From an uncultured candidate division Zixibacteria bacterium (GTDB taxonomy: Bacteria > Zixibacteria > MSB-5A5 > UBA10806), in assembly GCA_963817915.1 (NCBI GenBank), contig CAWFQL010000012.1, forward strand, positions 576,001 to 640,000: a DNA stretch of 64,000 nt. Reading direction: 5' to 3'. The notes below the pieces were generated by a model that did not search any database, had not been told where the DNA came from, and saw only the letters and a program-made list of their open reading frames with translations. Below, piece after piece: positions 19,966-30,896 of the stretch. Numbering within the stretch: position 1 is the stretch's first letter; every line of letters begins with the position of its first letter. A program made the position numbers and the translations under genes.

Positions 19966-20653
19966 CTAAGTCTCCAATCCTTGATCAATCTCTGATGATT
20001 CTCTTTCATTATCGGCCAATAATTTCCCGGCAGCAATGGTATTCATAATTTTGGGGGACGACACGCTTCCCGAGACGATAAATTTAAGCGCCTCCTCAAT
20101 TGTGATATCGAGATAAGTTACTTCGCTTTCCGGATAAAGGATCGCGATTCCGGTAAAGGGAGTCGGGGTGTTTGGGATAAAAATACTCACGAATTCTCTT
20201 TTTGCTTCTGATGATATTATAGTAATCCGGTTCGCGAGGAGACCCATTGCGAATATACCTTTGCGCGGATATTCAACCAAAACCACTCTTTCGAAACTTT
20301 TTTTTTCCCGGGACCGCAAAACCTTCCACCACCTGTCTTGCCGCTGAGTAAATCGTATTGAAATATGGGATTTTCGTCGGCGGGGTTTCCAGAAATTGAA
20401 AATCTCTTTGGCCAAAAACATTGGTGGTTAAAATACCGGTGAGGTTATCAGCGCCAGGGTAACCAGCCAATCCCATCAAAGGGAAATCGATATGTTTTCC
20501 GACCAACTTGAACAAATCAGGGCCGAGAAAATTATCGATAGATTCGATACGAAGTTTCAGGACAGCTATGGCGACAAACAGGGGAACGATAACCAGAATA
20601 CCGGCGATAAATCGGGTTTTGATCGTTTTCTTTATTTCGTATTTGATATCCAT
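19966..20653 (-). CDS. DUF502 family membrane protein (several frameshifts)
   Basis: FIAGILVIVPL, KIPYFNTIYSAARQV, VVLVEYPRKG and FIPNTPTPFTG are spread over different frames. Confidence 0.75.
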
Positions 20654-20712
20654 CGTATAGATTATTCAGTTAATATTTACAACTGTCAAGCGGAAAAGGA
20701 GATTCTCCATTC

Positions 20713-20745
20713 AACAAAAAATCCGGCCTTTGGGTAAAAGCCGGA
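20713..20745 (-). terminator. Probable intrinsic terminator of the nuo operon
   Basis: TCCGGC..TTT/AAA..GCCGGA stem with a T-tract on the minus strand, just past the nuoN stop. Confidence 0.6.
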
Positions 20746-20769
20746 AAGATAAATTTCCAGATATCGTTA

Positions 20770-22196
20770 TCAAAATTCAGGGAAAATTGCCTTGGCCGCC
20801 TCGCTAGCCCACGCATCAAGTTGTGATGGCATCATGCAAATTATGGATCACCATGACGCCGGATGCCATAATACCAAATGCCAGGGCGGGCCCGAAGGGC
20901 AGCTACGGACGGCGTTCAGATTATGGAACATCATCTTTCTAACAATATTCATATAGTAAAATAGCGACACTACCGACATTAGGACTGCCACTACCACCAG
21001 CCAATAAACCTGTCCTTTGATAGCGGCGGCGAAAAGCCAGTACTTGCCCAAGAATCCGGCCGTAGGCGGGATTCCCGTTAGTGATAGCATGAATATGGTC
21101 ATCATCAGTGCCGCCATCGGATTCCGTTTATTCAGGCCGGCGTAATCATCGATATTGTCTGAACCGGTCTTATTGGAGAAGCCTATGGCAACCATGAAGG
21201 CGCCTATATTCGCGAATACGTACGCGATCAGGAATATCATCATTCCGATTATGGAGTAGCCATTGACCGCCACCAGCGCGACGAAAACATAGCCGATCTG
21301 GGCAATCGATGAATAAGCCAGCATCCTCTAATATTTGTCTGCGTGAGAGCGACAAAATTGCCTACTACCATCGCCAACACCGCTACAATTTCCAAGACCA
21401 GTACCCAATCCGTTTTGACCACAGAAAGCGCGCCAAAGAATACGCGTACGAAGGCTACCAGTCCGGCGGCCTTTGAGGCGGTAGAAAGGAATGCCGTAAC
21501 CGGTGTCGGTGCGCCTTCATAAACATCGGGCGCCCACATATGGAATGGCGCCGCTGCCAATTTAAAGCCGAATCCGGCGATTAGCATTACTATGGCAAGT
21601 GTAAGAGCCGGTTTAAGCTGGGTGGCGGCTAATTCCCAGGATTTCATTTCGGAGAAGATCGTGGTTCCTGTCAGGCCGTAAAGAATACTCATGCCGAAGA
21701 GAAGAATCCCCGATGACGCTCCGCCGATGATCAGATATTTTAGACCAGCTTCGGTGGATTTAAGATCCTTCTTCATGTAGGCGGCCATGACATACAGCGG
21801 TATGGTCGCCAATTCCAGCGAAACATAGAGCGTAATAAGGTCGCTGGCGCTTGAAAGGAAAAGCATGCCAGACGTAGCCAACAGCATCAACCCATAGAAT
21901 TCGCCCTTATGCCTAAGCCTCAATTCCACAAAATCAAGCGAGGCGATTATGGTTAATATCGCTGAGACCAGGAATATCAGATTAAATATCTTGCTGTAAC
22001 TATCGGAAATAAAGGTACCGGCAAATCCCACTCCAGAATCGGTATTAAACACTAGGAAGATCGTGAACAAAAGTCCAAAAATTGATAAATATCCTATTCC
22101 CATCTTGTTTTGGCTTTTGCGAGTAAAATCGACAATTAATACAAAGATTGCCCAACAGAAGAGAAATATCCCTGGAATGATTAATGAAACGTTCAT
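20770..22196 (-). CDS. nuoN: NADH-quinone oxidoreductase subunit N (frameshifts near 21330 and 20850-20920)
   Basis: EAGLKY, FKLAAAPFHMWAPDVYEGAPTP, MLAYSSIAQ and SLTGIPPTAGF motifs. Manual reading gives a C-terminus of ...AWASEAAKAIFPEF*. Confidence 0.9.
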
Positions 22197-23725
22197 TTTC
22201 CAACAACCGTTTGAATCAGGTTATTAACGGTACCATCGATGAAAACATTCAGCGTCGATGGCAGCACGCCCACCAACAGCGAGAGTATTGCAAGCGGAAC
22301 CAATGTGAATATTTCACGGCCGTTCATTTCAGTCAGGCCTTCCCATTTAGTATTGAATTGGCCCAAAAACATCTTCTGAATCATTCGCAAAATATATCCC
22401 GCAGTCAGCACCACTCCGAGAACCGATACGATTACTATCCATTTGTCTACATACAGGGATTCATATGTGCCGACAAATACCATAAATTCAGACACGAATC
22501 CGCTGAGAAGAGGCAGACCCAATGACGCCATCCCGAAGAAGGTGAAGAATGCCGTATAAACGGGCAGCTTTGCTCCGAGTCCGCCGAATGCCGCTATCTC
22601 TCTCGTATGAGCCCTATCGTAAATTACGCCGACCATAAGGAACAGCGCCCCCGTGATGACACCGTGAGAAAACATCTGGAACAGGCATCCCGATACTCCC
22701 AGAGTTGTAATCGCGCTGATGCCAAGCAGACAGTAGCCCATGTGGGATACCGAGGAGTACGCGACCAGCTTCTTTAAATCTTTCTGGGCCATAGATACCA
22801 AGGCTCCATAGATAATTCCAATAAGCCCCAGTATCGCGATTGGAATCGCATATGCTATGGCCGCCTTAGGGAACATGGGAAGGCAGACTCTGAGCATGCC
22901 ATAGGTTCCCATTTTGAGAAGGATACCCGCCAGAATAACCGATACGGCGGTAGGCGCTTCGACGTGAGCATCGGGTAACCACGTATGGAATGGCCATACA
23001 GGTACTTTGATCGCGAACGCCACAAAGAACGCGGCGAAAACCCACATTTGGAATAAATGAGAGTACATGCTGTTTTGCTTGACCAGATCCAGCATATTAA
23101 GCGAATTCGTGGTAAAATACAGAGCCAGTATGCCAATCAGCATGAATACCGAACCAAATAAAGTGTACAGGAAGAACTTGATGGCCGCGTATTCTCGTCT
23201 TGGGCCGCCCCAGATACCAATCAAGAAATACATCGGCACCAGCATGATTTCCCAGAAGATATAGAATAAGAAGAAATCCAGAGCGCAGAAGACACCCATC
23301 ATACCGACTTCAAGTAGCAGGAACCATGCGAAATATTCTTTAACCCGTTCTTTGATACCGAATGACGCTATGATTGAAATGAAAGACAATAATCCGGTCA
23401 GAAAAAGCATCGGCACTGAAAGACCGTCGGCGCCCATAAGATAGGTAATATTGACTTGGGGAAACCATGGGACAGGATGGGCCGATTCAAATATGAATCC
23501 CGGAGATGTGCTTTGAATATGGAAAAGCATCCCGGATCCCTTGGCGGCCAGATAATACCATAAAAGATAAATCGATAGTAAAAATGGTATCAAGGAGAAT
23601 CCGGCGGCAGTCATCCGAATTGCGCCTACTGATTCCTTTTTCAGAAGCAAAACGGCGAAGACCCCGATAAGAGGGATAAATGTCATCCATGTCAATATAT
23701 TGAAAGGAAATGTTACGGGTTCCAA
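22193..23725 (-). CDS. nuoM: NADH-quinone oxidoreductase subunit M
   Basis: YAAIKFFLYT, KVPVWPFHTWLPDAHVEAPT and LVAYSSVSHMG motifs. Confidence 0.97.
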   Translation of the reverse strand: MEPVTFPFNILTWMTFIPLIGVFAVLLLKKESVGAIRMTAAGFSLIPFLLSIYLLWYYLAAKGSGMLFHIQSTSPGFIFESAHPVPWFPQVNITYLMGADGLSVPMLFLTGLLSFISIIASFGIKERVKEYFAWFLLLEVGMMGVFCALDFFLFYIFWEIMLVPMYFLIGIWGGPRREYAAIKFFLYTLFGSVFMLIGILALYFTTNSLNMLDLVKQNSMYSHLFQMWVFAAFFVAFAIKVPVWPFHTWLPDAHVEAPTAVSVILAGILLKMGTYGMLRVCLPMFPKAAIAYAIPIAILGLIGIIYGALVSMAQKDLKKLVAYSSVSHMGYCLLGISAITTLGVSGCLFQMFSHGVITGALFLMVGVIYDRAHTREIAAFGGLGAKLPVYTAFFTFFGMASLGLPLLSGFVSEFMVFVGTYESLYVDKWIVIVSVLGVVLTAGYILRMIQKMFLGQFNTKWEGLTEMNGREIFTLVPLAILSLLVGVLPSTLNVFIDGTVNNLIQTVVGK

Positions 23726-23740
23726 CTAATCCTCCTATTA

Positions 23741-25918
23741 TCATACCAGCTTGATAAATATAAAGACCACCGCGCCTATGAAAATCACAAGCCCATAGGT
23801 CTGAAGTTGACCGGTTTGTATTTTGCGAATCTGTTTGCCGAAGAACATTGAGATATATCCGCTGCCATTGACAGCGCCATCAACCACTATAACATCGAAT
23901 CTCTCGTATGCCCATGAGAGGAACATTGTCAGTTTTCCCGCACCATTGACTATGCCATCGATGATGAGCTGATCGAATTTGAATAATATTTCAGCGAAGA
24001 AATATGTGAATCTGATTATAGTACCATTATAGAGCTCATCGAAATACCATTTATTATAAAGGAATGTGTAAATCGGTTTGAATCGCGCGGCCATCTTCAC
24101 GGGGGAGATCGCCCCTTTGACGTACATTAAGTAGGCCAGGCCGATACCGGAAAGCGCGATCACCAGCGATCCGAACATCAGAATCAAATTGGCCGGGGCA
24201 TGATGGACAGCGCCGAAATAGACAAATGATGAATACCCCTTTGATAACCAGGGAATACCTACCCAGCCGGCGAATATCGAAAGGACCGCCAGTATCTGCA
24301 ACGGCACCGTCATACTTTTCGGTGATTCGTGAGCATGATCGTAGGCGTGCTGATCACGAGGTTCGCCGATAAATGTCATAAAATATAATCTAAACATATA
24401 GAATGCCGTCATGAATGCCACGAGTATGCCAACGGCGAGAAAACCGTAATGGCCTCCGGCATAAGCGACAGCGAAAATTTCGTCTTTTGACCAGAATCCT
24501 GATAGCGGGAATATACCGGCAATCGAAAGGCTGGCGATCAGGAAAGTCATCGATGTTATCTTGAGCTTTTTTCCAAGTCCGCCCATGAACTGAATGTCAT
24601 TGGTGTGGACAGCGTGAATGACCGAGCCAGCGGCGAGGAATAAGAGGGCTTTGAAGAAAGCGTGGGTCATTAAATGGAATGTTCCGGCTGTATATCCTGC
24701 GAGCCCTAATGCCATGATCATATACCCAAGCTGAGAAACTGTCGAATAGGCGAGTACTCGCTTGATATCATTTTGAACCAATCCAATCGATGCCGCCAAA
24801 AATGCCGTGAATGCTCCAATACAAGCTACCACGTACATCATAGTCGGGGAGATCATTATAATTCCCATCATACGGGCGGTGAGGTATACTCCGGCGGCAA
24901 CCATTGTCGCGGCATGAATCAACGCGGAGACTGGGGTCGGGCCTTCCATAGCATCGGGCAACCAAACATGCAGCGGGAACTGAGCCGACTTGCCAACCGC
25001 GCCAGCGAACATTAATATACCCGCGATCCCGACCAGCCACATCATATTTGGCGCGATCTCACCATTGAATATCATATAATTGAGCTCCGGCAATGATGCC
25101 GAGCCGACTGCGAATATCAAAATCATCAAGCCAAGCAGGAATCCCAAGTCGCCGATTTTTGTCGTGACAAAAGCCTTCTTACCGGCATCCGAAGCCGATT
25201 TCTTTTCAAACCAGAAGCCGATCAACAAATACGATGTTAAACCAACCAGTTCCCAGAATACGAACATCAGGATATAAGTCCCTGATAAAACAAGACCAAG
25301 CATCGCGAAAGTGAATAACGACAAATACGCGTAATATCTGGCGAATCGAGGGTCGCCATGCATATAGCCGAGCGAATATATCTGCACAAGCGCGGCCACT
25401 ATCGTGACTACCATTAACATGATGGCAGTAAGAGGATCGATATAGATTCCCATTGGTACTGAGAAGACACCTTTTTTGCCATGTCGCTGAGGCTCGGGGA
25501 ATTTGAGATTATGAGTTGAGCCTCCATGCTCCGATGTTCCGCCGCCATGAGACTCGCCGGCTATGGCAGCGTGGCTCGATGTATCCTCGTGGGCAATGGA
25601 AGGTGGTTCATGTGAAATTAATGAATCGGCTCCAACATGCTCGACGCCCGGAGGCATGGATAACGTGGAATCGATGGGGGCGGCGTTTTTCGCGCCAGAC
25701 ATGCCGTAATCGCCGAATGATAGCCAATCGACCCAATATTCCTTGGGTTTCGGATCAACCAAAACTTGAATCAATACTACGAATGATAATACGAATGAAA
25801 GCAGAACCATCGAAATCGAAAAATAGCTCGAAAGTTTGTTGTTCTTATTGAAGAAGAAGATTATCAGAATGGCTGATAAAAGGGGCAGAGCGGCGATAAG
25901 CCAACTATAAGGCAACAT
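23741..25918 (-). CDS. nuoL: NADH-quinone oxidoreductase subunit L, with a His-rich insertion
   Basis: KSAQFPLHVWLPDAMEGPTPVSALIHAATMV, HAFFKALLFL and GFWSKDEI motifs. Confidence 0.97.
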   Translation of the reverse strand: MLPYSWLIAALPLLSAILIIFFFNKNNKLSSYFSISMVLLSFVLSFVVLIQVLVDPKPKEYWVDWLSFGDYGMSGAKNAAPIDSTLSMPPGVEHVGADSLISHEPPSIAHEDTSSHAAIAGESHGGGTSEHGGSTHNLKFPEPQRHGKKGVFSVPMGIYIDPLTAIMLMVVTIVAALVQIYSLGYMHGDPRFARYYAYLSLFTFAMLGLVLSGTYILMFVFWELVGLTSYLLIGFWFEKKSASDAGKKAFVTTKIGDLGFLLGLMILIFAVGSASLPELNYMIFNGEIAPNMMWLVGIAGILMFAGAVGKSAQFPLHVWLPDAMEGPTPVSALIHAATMVAAGVYLTARMMGIIMISPTMMYVVACIGAFTAFLAASIGLVQNDIKRVLAYSTVSQLGYMIMALGLAGYTAGTFHLMTHAFFKALLFLAAGSVIHAVHTNDIQFMGGLGKKLKITSMTFLIASLSIAGIFPLSGFWSKDEIFAVAYAGGHYGFLAVGILVAFMTAFYMFRLYFMTFIGEPRDQHAYDHAHESPKSMTVPLQILAVLSIFAGWVGIPWLSKGYSSFVYFGAVHHAPANLILMFGSLVIALSGIGLAYLMYVKGAISPVKMAARFKPIYTFLYNKWYFDELYNGTIIRFTYFFAEILFKFDQLIIDGIVNGAGKLTMFLSWAYERFDVIVVDGAVNGSGYISMFFGKQIRKIQTGQLQTYGLVIFIGAVVFIFIKLV

Positions 25919-25966
25919 CAGATAATTCCTCCGACAGCTATTTTCGAAACGATATTAATCACATTA

Positions 25967-26275
25967 TCACCATTTCATGAAATTGATCTTATCTACTTCA
26001 ATGCCTCTGAAATTTCGATAGAGCAGCATTACGATGGCCAGGCCGACCGCGGCTTCAGCGGCGGCGATGGTTATGATGAAAATAGAGAATATCTGGCCCG
26101 ACATCCCAACCGGATTGACATATCTTGAAAATGCCACGAAATTGATATTCACGGCGTTAAACATCAACTCGATTGACATTAAAACGCCGATCGCATTTCG
26201 TCTGGTCAATAAGCCGAATACCCCGATACAAAACAGGGCAGAAGCTAATATTAGATAATGAACCAAGCCGGGCAT
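25967..26275 (-). CDS. nuoK: NADH-quinone oxidoreductase subunit K
   Basis: [14 protein letters not shown] and [11 protein letters not shown] motifs. Confidence 0.97.
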   Translation of the reverse strand: MPGLVHYLILASALFCIGVFGLLTRRNAIGVLMSIELMFNAVNINFVAFSRYVNPVGMSGQIFSIFIITIAAAEAAVGLAIVMLLYRNFRGIEVDKINFMKW

Positions 26276-27130
26276 TTATTTATCCTTCTTAGATATTACG
26301 ATAGCGCCAATCATCGCAGCCAAAAGCAAGGCTGAAACGACCTCAAACGGCAATACGAATTTCGACATTAGCAATTTGCCGATAATCTCGATATTATTAT
26401 TTGAAAGTTTTGTAGTCAGTGTCATGTTTTGGTTGTTAATGCTGCTTACAACCCATTTGGCCGATCTAATTGCGCCATAATTTACTTTGTCGCTCCAAAC
26501 CTTGAGATTAATCGATTGGCCATGAGTAAACAAAGTATCGGTTGTCGAAAAATCTGATTTGGATGAGATCATATAGCCGCTCGCCAAACCTTCATCGCTT
26601 CTCGTGGGAAGAGATATATAGTTGTCTGGGTCTTTTGCTCGAACTGTGAAAAGGCCGCTGGCAAGGTAATTTTGATTCAAAGTATCTTCAAGGTCGACTA
26701 TCCAACTCCACTGAATATCATTTGATGGTAAATCGGATATTTCGATTGAAGCTGACCAAATGCCCTTGTTGGGATTGGGTTTATCATATGTACTAAATGT
26801 TTTGGTTACCGCGAAGATTGATAATGCCAGAAATATCGCGCTGATGATTGCGGCGGGCCAAACCTGTTCATTGGTCTGCCTGATTGATTTTGACTGAATC
26901 TGGTATGTGAGCATAATCGCGAAGAGGATCAAGATCGTTATCGCGCCAACATATATAAGCACCTGAACCGCTGCCAAAAATTCGGCATTGAGCATCAGGT
27001 AGATTCCGGCGACCATAAAGAATGCCAGAACCAGCATCAGCGCCGAATGGAAAACATTGCGGAGAGTCACGACCAGCAACGCGGATATTAAAATTACGCC
27101 AGACAACAAATAGAAAAGCGATAGGTTCAA
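26276..27130 (-). CDS. nuoJ: NADH-quinone oxidoreductase subunit J, with a large soluble insertion
   Basis: AEFLAAVQVLIYVGAI and IGKLL...LPFEVVSALLLAAMIGAI motifs; 284 aa. Confidence 0.93.
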   Translation of the reverse strand: MNLSLFYLLSGVILISALLVVTLRNVFHSALMLVLAFFMVAGIYLMLNAEFLAAVQVLIYVGAITILILFAIMLTYQIQSKSIRQTNEQVWPAAIISAIFLALSIFAVTKTFSTYDKPNPNKGIWSASIEISDLPSNDIQWSWIVDLEDTLNQNYLASGLFTVRAKDPDNYISLPTRSDEGLASGYMISSKSDFSTTDTLFTHGQSINLKVWSDKVNYGAIRSAKWVVSSINNQNMTLTTKLSNNNIEIIGKLLMSKFVLPFEVVSALLLAAMIGAIVISKKDK

Positions 27131-27684
27131 GCCTTATCCTCCGTCTGGATATCTTTGCCAGGGTTATCAGATTTATTAACCGGAGCGGATGCATCGGGCG
27201 CGGCGGCTTTCGGGGCCGGTTTCGGCTTCCGCTTCTTTTCGTATTTTACATCGCGGCCGAGTTCCTGTAACTTGGCCTTATCATATATAAGGTCGGCCTT
27301 ATCGAATGTCGCGAATTCATATTTGCCGGTCAGCTTGATGGCGTCGAAATTACAGACTTCCTCGCATATGCCGCAGAAACAGCATATAGTATTATCGATT
27401 GTAAAAATATCGGGATGGCGGTTTCCGGCCTCATCCTTCATTTGAGTAACCGTAATAGCGGCGACAGGGCATTGCTTCATGCAAACCTGGCAGGCATTGC
27501 AATTCAATTCGCCGTTTTCAGGGTCCGATAGAAGCACTACAACTCCACGGGATCGTTCCGGCATCGGCCAACGTTCGGTTGGATACTGGAGCGTTACAGA
27601 TTTTCCGAAAAGATATTTGAGTGTGGTCTTGAGACCAATAATCAGATTTTTGATTCCGGATATTATGCGTTTTAACGTTTTCAT
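27127..27684 (-). CDS. nuoI: NADH-quinone oxidoreductase subunit I
   Basis: TLQYP; CNACQVCMKQCP and CCFCGICEEVC clusters. Confidence 0.93.
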   Translation of the reverse strand: MKTLKRIISGIKNLIIGLKTTLKYLFGKSVTLQYPTERWPMPERSRGVVVLLSDPENGELNCNACQVCMKQCPVAAITVTQMKDEAGNRHPDIFTIDNTICCFCGICEEVCNFDAIKLTGKYEFATFDKADLIYDKAKLQELGRDVKYEKKRKPKPAPKAAAPDASAPVNKSDNPGKDIQTEDKA

Positions 27685-27685
27685 A

Positions 27686-28744
27686 TTATTTGAATATATA
27701 CACTCCGAATGCTGTCAGAATAATGTTGGCGAATGAGAGCGGAAGAAGGAATTTCCACGCGAACCCCATGAGTTGATCGACTCTTAATCTGGGATAAGTC
27801 CACTTCACCCACATCATTACGAATATCAAGAATAATGTTTTACCTACGAACCATATCCAGCTTGGAATAAATGACAGTCCGGGAATCGGCGGCTGCCATC
27901 CGCCGAGGAACAACGTTGTCGCAACGGCGCAAACCGCGAACATGCTGGCAAATTCCGCCATAAAGAATAAAGCGAATTTCATTCCAGAATACTCGATATT
28001 AAAGCCTGCCACCAATTCTTGTTCGGCCTCTGGCAAGTCAAATGGGGTTCTATTCGTTTCCGCTGTCGCCGCGGTAAAATATATTCCAAATCCGAGAATT
28101 TGCGGCAGCCAGTACCATTTCCAGAAGTAGGGCCCCTGAGCCTGGACAATGTCTACCATTGAAAGCGATCCGGCGAGCATTACAGCTCCGAGAACGGAGA
28201 GAGTCAACGGCACTTCATAGGAGATCACTTGTGCGGCCGATCTCATGCCGCCAAGCAGCGAATATTTATTGTTGGAAGCGTAACCTGCCATTAGAATCGA
28301 TATGACGGTGAAGGTCGTAATAGCCAATATATAAAGTATACCGATATTAAGGTCGCGGGCTATCAACCCTTTGCCGAATGGTATTACAATGAAGGCCGCG
28401 AGAGCGGCGGTAAAACAGATCACCGGCGCCCAGAAGAACACACGCTTATCAGCCGAAGTTGGAGTAATATCCTCTTTTTGTATAAGCTTGATGGCATCGA
28501 CGATTGTCTGCAAAACTCCATGCCAGCCGGTTCTCATTGGACCAAGTCTATCCTGGAAATGCGCCGAAATTTTCCGTTCCCACCAAACCAGGAAAATAAC
28601 CGAAATAAGCACTACTGCTAATATTGCCGCTCCTGCAAATACCATTACAAATATATCGAGCCAGAAAACCGGAATTCCATTGGCATGGCACCATAGTGTC
28701 AAAGAGCTATAGATATTGGTCAAAAGCTTATCAAATTCAAACAT
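27686..28744 (-). CDS. nuoH: NADH-quinone oxidoreductase subunit H
   Basis: ERK...QDRLGP, RSAAQVISYE, RTPFDLPEAEQEL and PRLRVDQLM motifs. Confidence 0.97.
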   Translation of the reverse strand: MFEFDKLLTNIYSSLTLWCHANGIPVFWLDIFVMVFAGAAILAVVLISVIFLVWWERKISAHFQDRLGPMRTGWHGVLQTIVDAIKLIQKEDITPTSADKRVFFWAPVICFTAALAAFIVIPFGKGLIARDLNIGILYILAITTFTVISILMAGYASNNKYSLLGGMRSAAQVISYEVPLTLSVLGAVMLAGSLSMVDIVQAQGPYFWKWYWLPQILGFGIYFTAATAETNRTPFDLPEAEQELVAGFNIEYSGMKFALFFMAEFASMFAVCAVATTLFLGGWQPPIPGLSFIPSWIWFVGKTLFLIFVMMWVKWTYPRLRVDQLMGFAWKFLLPLSFANIILTAFGVYIFK

Positions 28745-29868
28745 TAACGGTCAACCTCCGGAAGTACGACATCGAGAGACCCAAATATCGCCACCAGGTC
28801 GGCGATCTTCCAACCGACCGCGATTCGCGGTAGGCATTGAAGATTGCAATATGATGCCGTCCGAATCTTCACCCTGTAAGGCTTTTTCTCGCCTTCTGAT
28901 ACGATATAATATCCCATTTCGCCGCGAGGCGCCTCGATTCGCGAGAACACTTCGCCTTTTGGCGGCTTGAAGACGGCTGGTATCTTTGCTTTTATAATAT
29001 CACCTTCGGGGAGGCCGCCTAACGCCTGTTCTATAATGTTGCAGGATTGGCGAAGCTCTTCAATACGGACGCTATATCTATCCCAGACGTCGCCTGTCTT
29101 CCCGGTTGGTATCTTGAAATCGAATTTAGGATAGACTGAATATGGATCGACCTTGCGCAGATCCCATTCGTAATTTGACGCTCTAATATTTGGTCCGCTC
29201 GCGCCCAGATTTTTCGCAAGATCAAGCGGCAATATTCCAACTCCCTTGGTTCTTCCGAGGAAGATCGGATTTTGTGTCAAGAGCGCTTCGTAATCGTCAA
29301 CTTTTTTGCGGAAATCGACAACGAATTCCTGGCATGATTTGGCAAATTGAGGGGGGATATCCCTCGATACGCCGCCAATCCTTATATAATTGTATGTCAG
29401 TCGTTGACCGCAGGTCATTTCGAATAGATCCAATATCCATTCTCGTTCGCGGAAGGCATACAGAAATGGAGTAACAGCGCCCAGATCGAGTGACAACGGT
29501 CCAAACCATACCATGTGCGAAGCAATTCTATTGAACTCCACCATTATGACACGAAGATATTCCGCTCGTTCGGGAATTTCGATCCCAGCCAATTTTTCCA
29601 CAGCCACAGCCCAGGCCAGATTAGATGGCATCGACGCGCAATAATCTATTCTGTCTGTAAATGGCGTAAATTGATTGTATGTTCGATTTTCGGCTATCTT
29701 TTCTATCGATCTATGTAAATATCCAACATGCGGTGTAATTTCGCGAATGAACTCGCCTTCCATCTTCAATACGAGCCGCAACACGCCATGAGTGGATGGG
29801 TGCTGAGGGCCCATATTAACGATAAATTCTTCTTCGCGAAGTCCTTTGGTATCTATGGTCTGGCTCAT
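28744..29868 (-). CDS. nuoD: NADH-quinone oxidoreductase subunit D
   Basis: NMGPQHPSTHGVLRL, GYLHR, RIDY and EAPRGE motifs; ends in EVDR. Confidence 0.97.
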   Translation of the reverse strand: MSQTIDTKGLREEEFIVNMGPQHPSTHGVLRLVLKMEGEFIREITPHVGYLHRSIEKIAENRTYNQFTPFTDRIDYCASMPSNLAWAVAVEKLAGIEIPERAEYLRVIMVEFNRIASHMVWFGPLSLDLGAVTPFLYAFREREWILDLFEMTCGQRLTYNYIRIGGVSRDIPPQFAKSCQEFVVDFRKKVDDYEALLTQNPIFLGRTKGVGILPLDLAKNLGASGPNIRASNYEWDLRKVDPYSVYPKFDFKIPTGKTGDVWDRYSVRIEELRQSCNIIEQALGGLPEGDIIKAKIPAVFKPPKGEVFSRIEAPRGEMGYYIVSEGEKKPYRVKIRTASYCNLQCLPRIAVGWKIADLVAIFGSLDVVLPEVDR

Positions 29869-29872
29869 TCTA

Positions 29873-30346
29873 TTATTTCTCCGGCATCGGAATAAAATCC
29901 GGACCGGTCCAGCCCTTTCTCATGGGATATCCGCTATTCCAATCCTCATCCAATAGCAGCGGACGAGGGTCGGGATGATTTTTGAATATGACTCCGAACA
30001 ATTCCATTGCTTCTCTCTCATACCAGGCGGCATTTTGCCATATATCGGATATTGTGCCGATTTCGGGATTATCTTTATCCAATTTGACTTTGGCAACCAT
30101 ATTATGCCGCTGGCCATGCGATGATAATGATAGCACGACCTCGAAGCATTTGTCCGGATAATGAACCGCGCCTAACTGGAAGAGGTAATCGAAATCCAGC
30201 GAGGCATCCTTATATATATATTCGCAGAAATCGCGATATTTATCTTTAGAGATATAGATAAACGGCTCCGGCTGCTTGATATCGATAACTTCAATATCCG
30301 AGCCGAATTTATCTTGAATTTTTTTTATTATTTCTTCTTTGGTCAT
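29873..30346 (-). CDS. nuoC: NADH-quinone oxidoreductase subunit C
   Basis: AAWYEREAMELFGVIFKNHPDPRPLLL...GYPMRK. Confidence 0.95.
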   Translation of the reverse strand: MTKEEIIKKIQDKFGSDIEVIDIKQPEPFIYISKDKYRDFCEYIYKDASLDFDYLFQLGAVHYPDKCFEVVLSLSSHGQRHNMVAKVKLDKDNPEIGTISDIWQNAAWYEREAMELFGVIFKNHPDPRPLLLDEDWNSGYPMRKGWTGPDFIPMPEK

Positions 30347-30371
30347 TTAATTGGCATCAAAAGATTGAATA

Positions 30372-30896
30372 TTAGACGATTTTTTTGTCCGAAGCCCAAT
30401 CGGCTATTTTTTCTTTCCGGATTTTTTCCTGCAGTTTCATGCAGCCCTGCATCAATGATTCCGGACGAGGGGGGCAGCCGGGAATATAGACATCAACTGG
30501 AACAACCTTATCAATGCCTTTTAAAACAGAATAACAATCGTAATAGAATGGCCCGCCATTACAGGCGCATCCGCCCATGGCGATTACATATCGGGGTTCG
30601 GCCATTTGTTCATGCAGCAGCTTGACACGTTTGGCCATCTTGTGGGTTACAGTTCCGGCGACAAACATCAGATCAGCCTGTCTTGGAGACGCTCTGAAAA
30701 ACATTCCGAATCTATCGAAATCGTATCGGGACGCACCCGTTGCCATCATTTCGATAGCGCAGCAGGCCAGCCCAAAGAGCATATACCACATGGAATCGGC
30801 ACGGGCTTCATTAAGGACCCAATCCATTGATGTTGTGACAATTCCGCCGCCGGGTATTTTTTCGATATAAGCGGGTACTTTTTCAATTACACCCAT
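30372..30896 (-). CDS. nuoB: NADH-quinone oxidoreductase subunit B
   Basis: [15 protein letters not shown] and [12 protein letters not shown] motifs. Confidence 0.97.
   Translation of the reverse strand: MGVIEKVPAYIEKIPGGGIVTTSMDWVLNEARADSMWYMLFGLACCAIEMMATGASRYDFDRFGMFFRASPRQADLMFVAGTVTHKMAKRVKLLHEQMAEPRYVIAMGGCACNGGPFYYDCYSVLKGIDKVVPVDVYIPGCPPRPESLMQGCMKLQEKIRKEKIADWASDKKIV

Noticed and set aside
25468..26788. Inteins as the explanation for the NuoL and NuoJ inserts
   Set aside because: No His-Asn followed by Cys/Ser/Thr splice junction and no recognisable intein blocks.
28744..29868. Group 4 [NiFe]-hydrogenase large subunit
   Set aside because: It lacks both CxxC Ni-binding motifs and has the NuoD RIDY and terminal EVDR.
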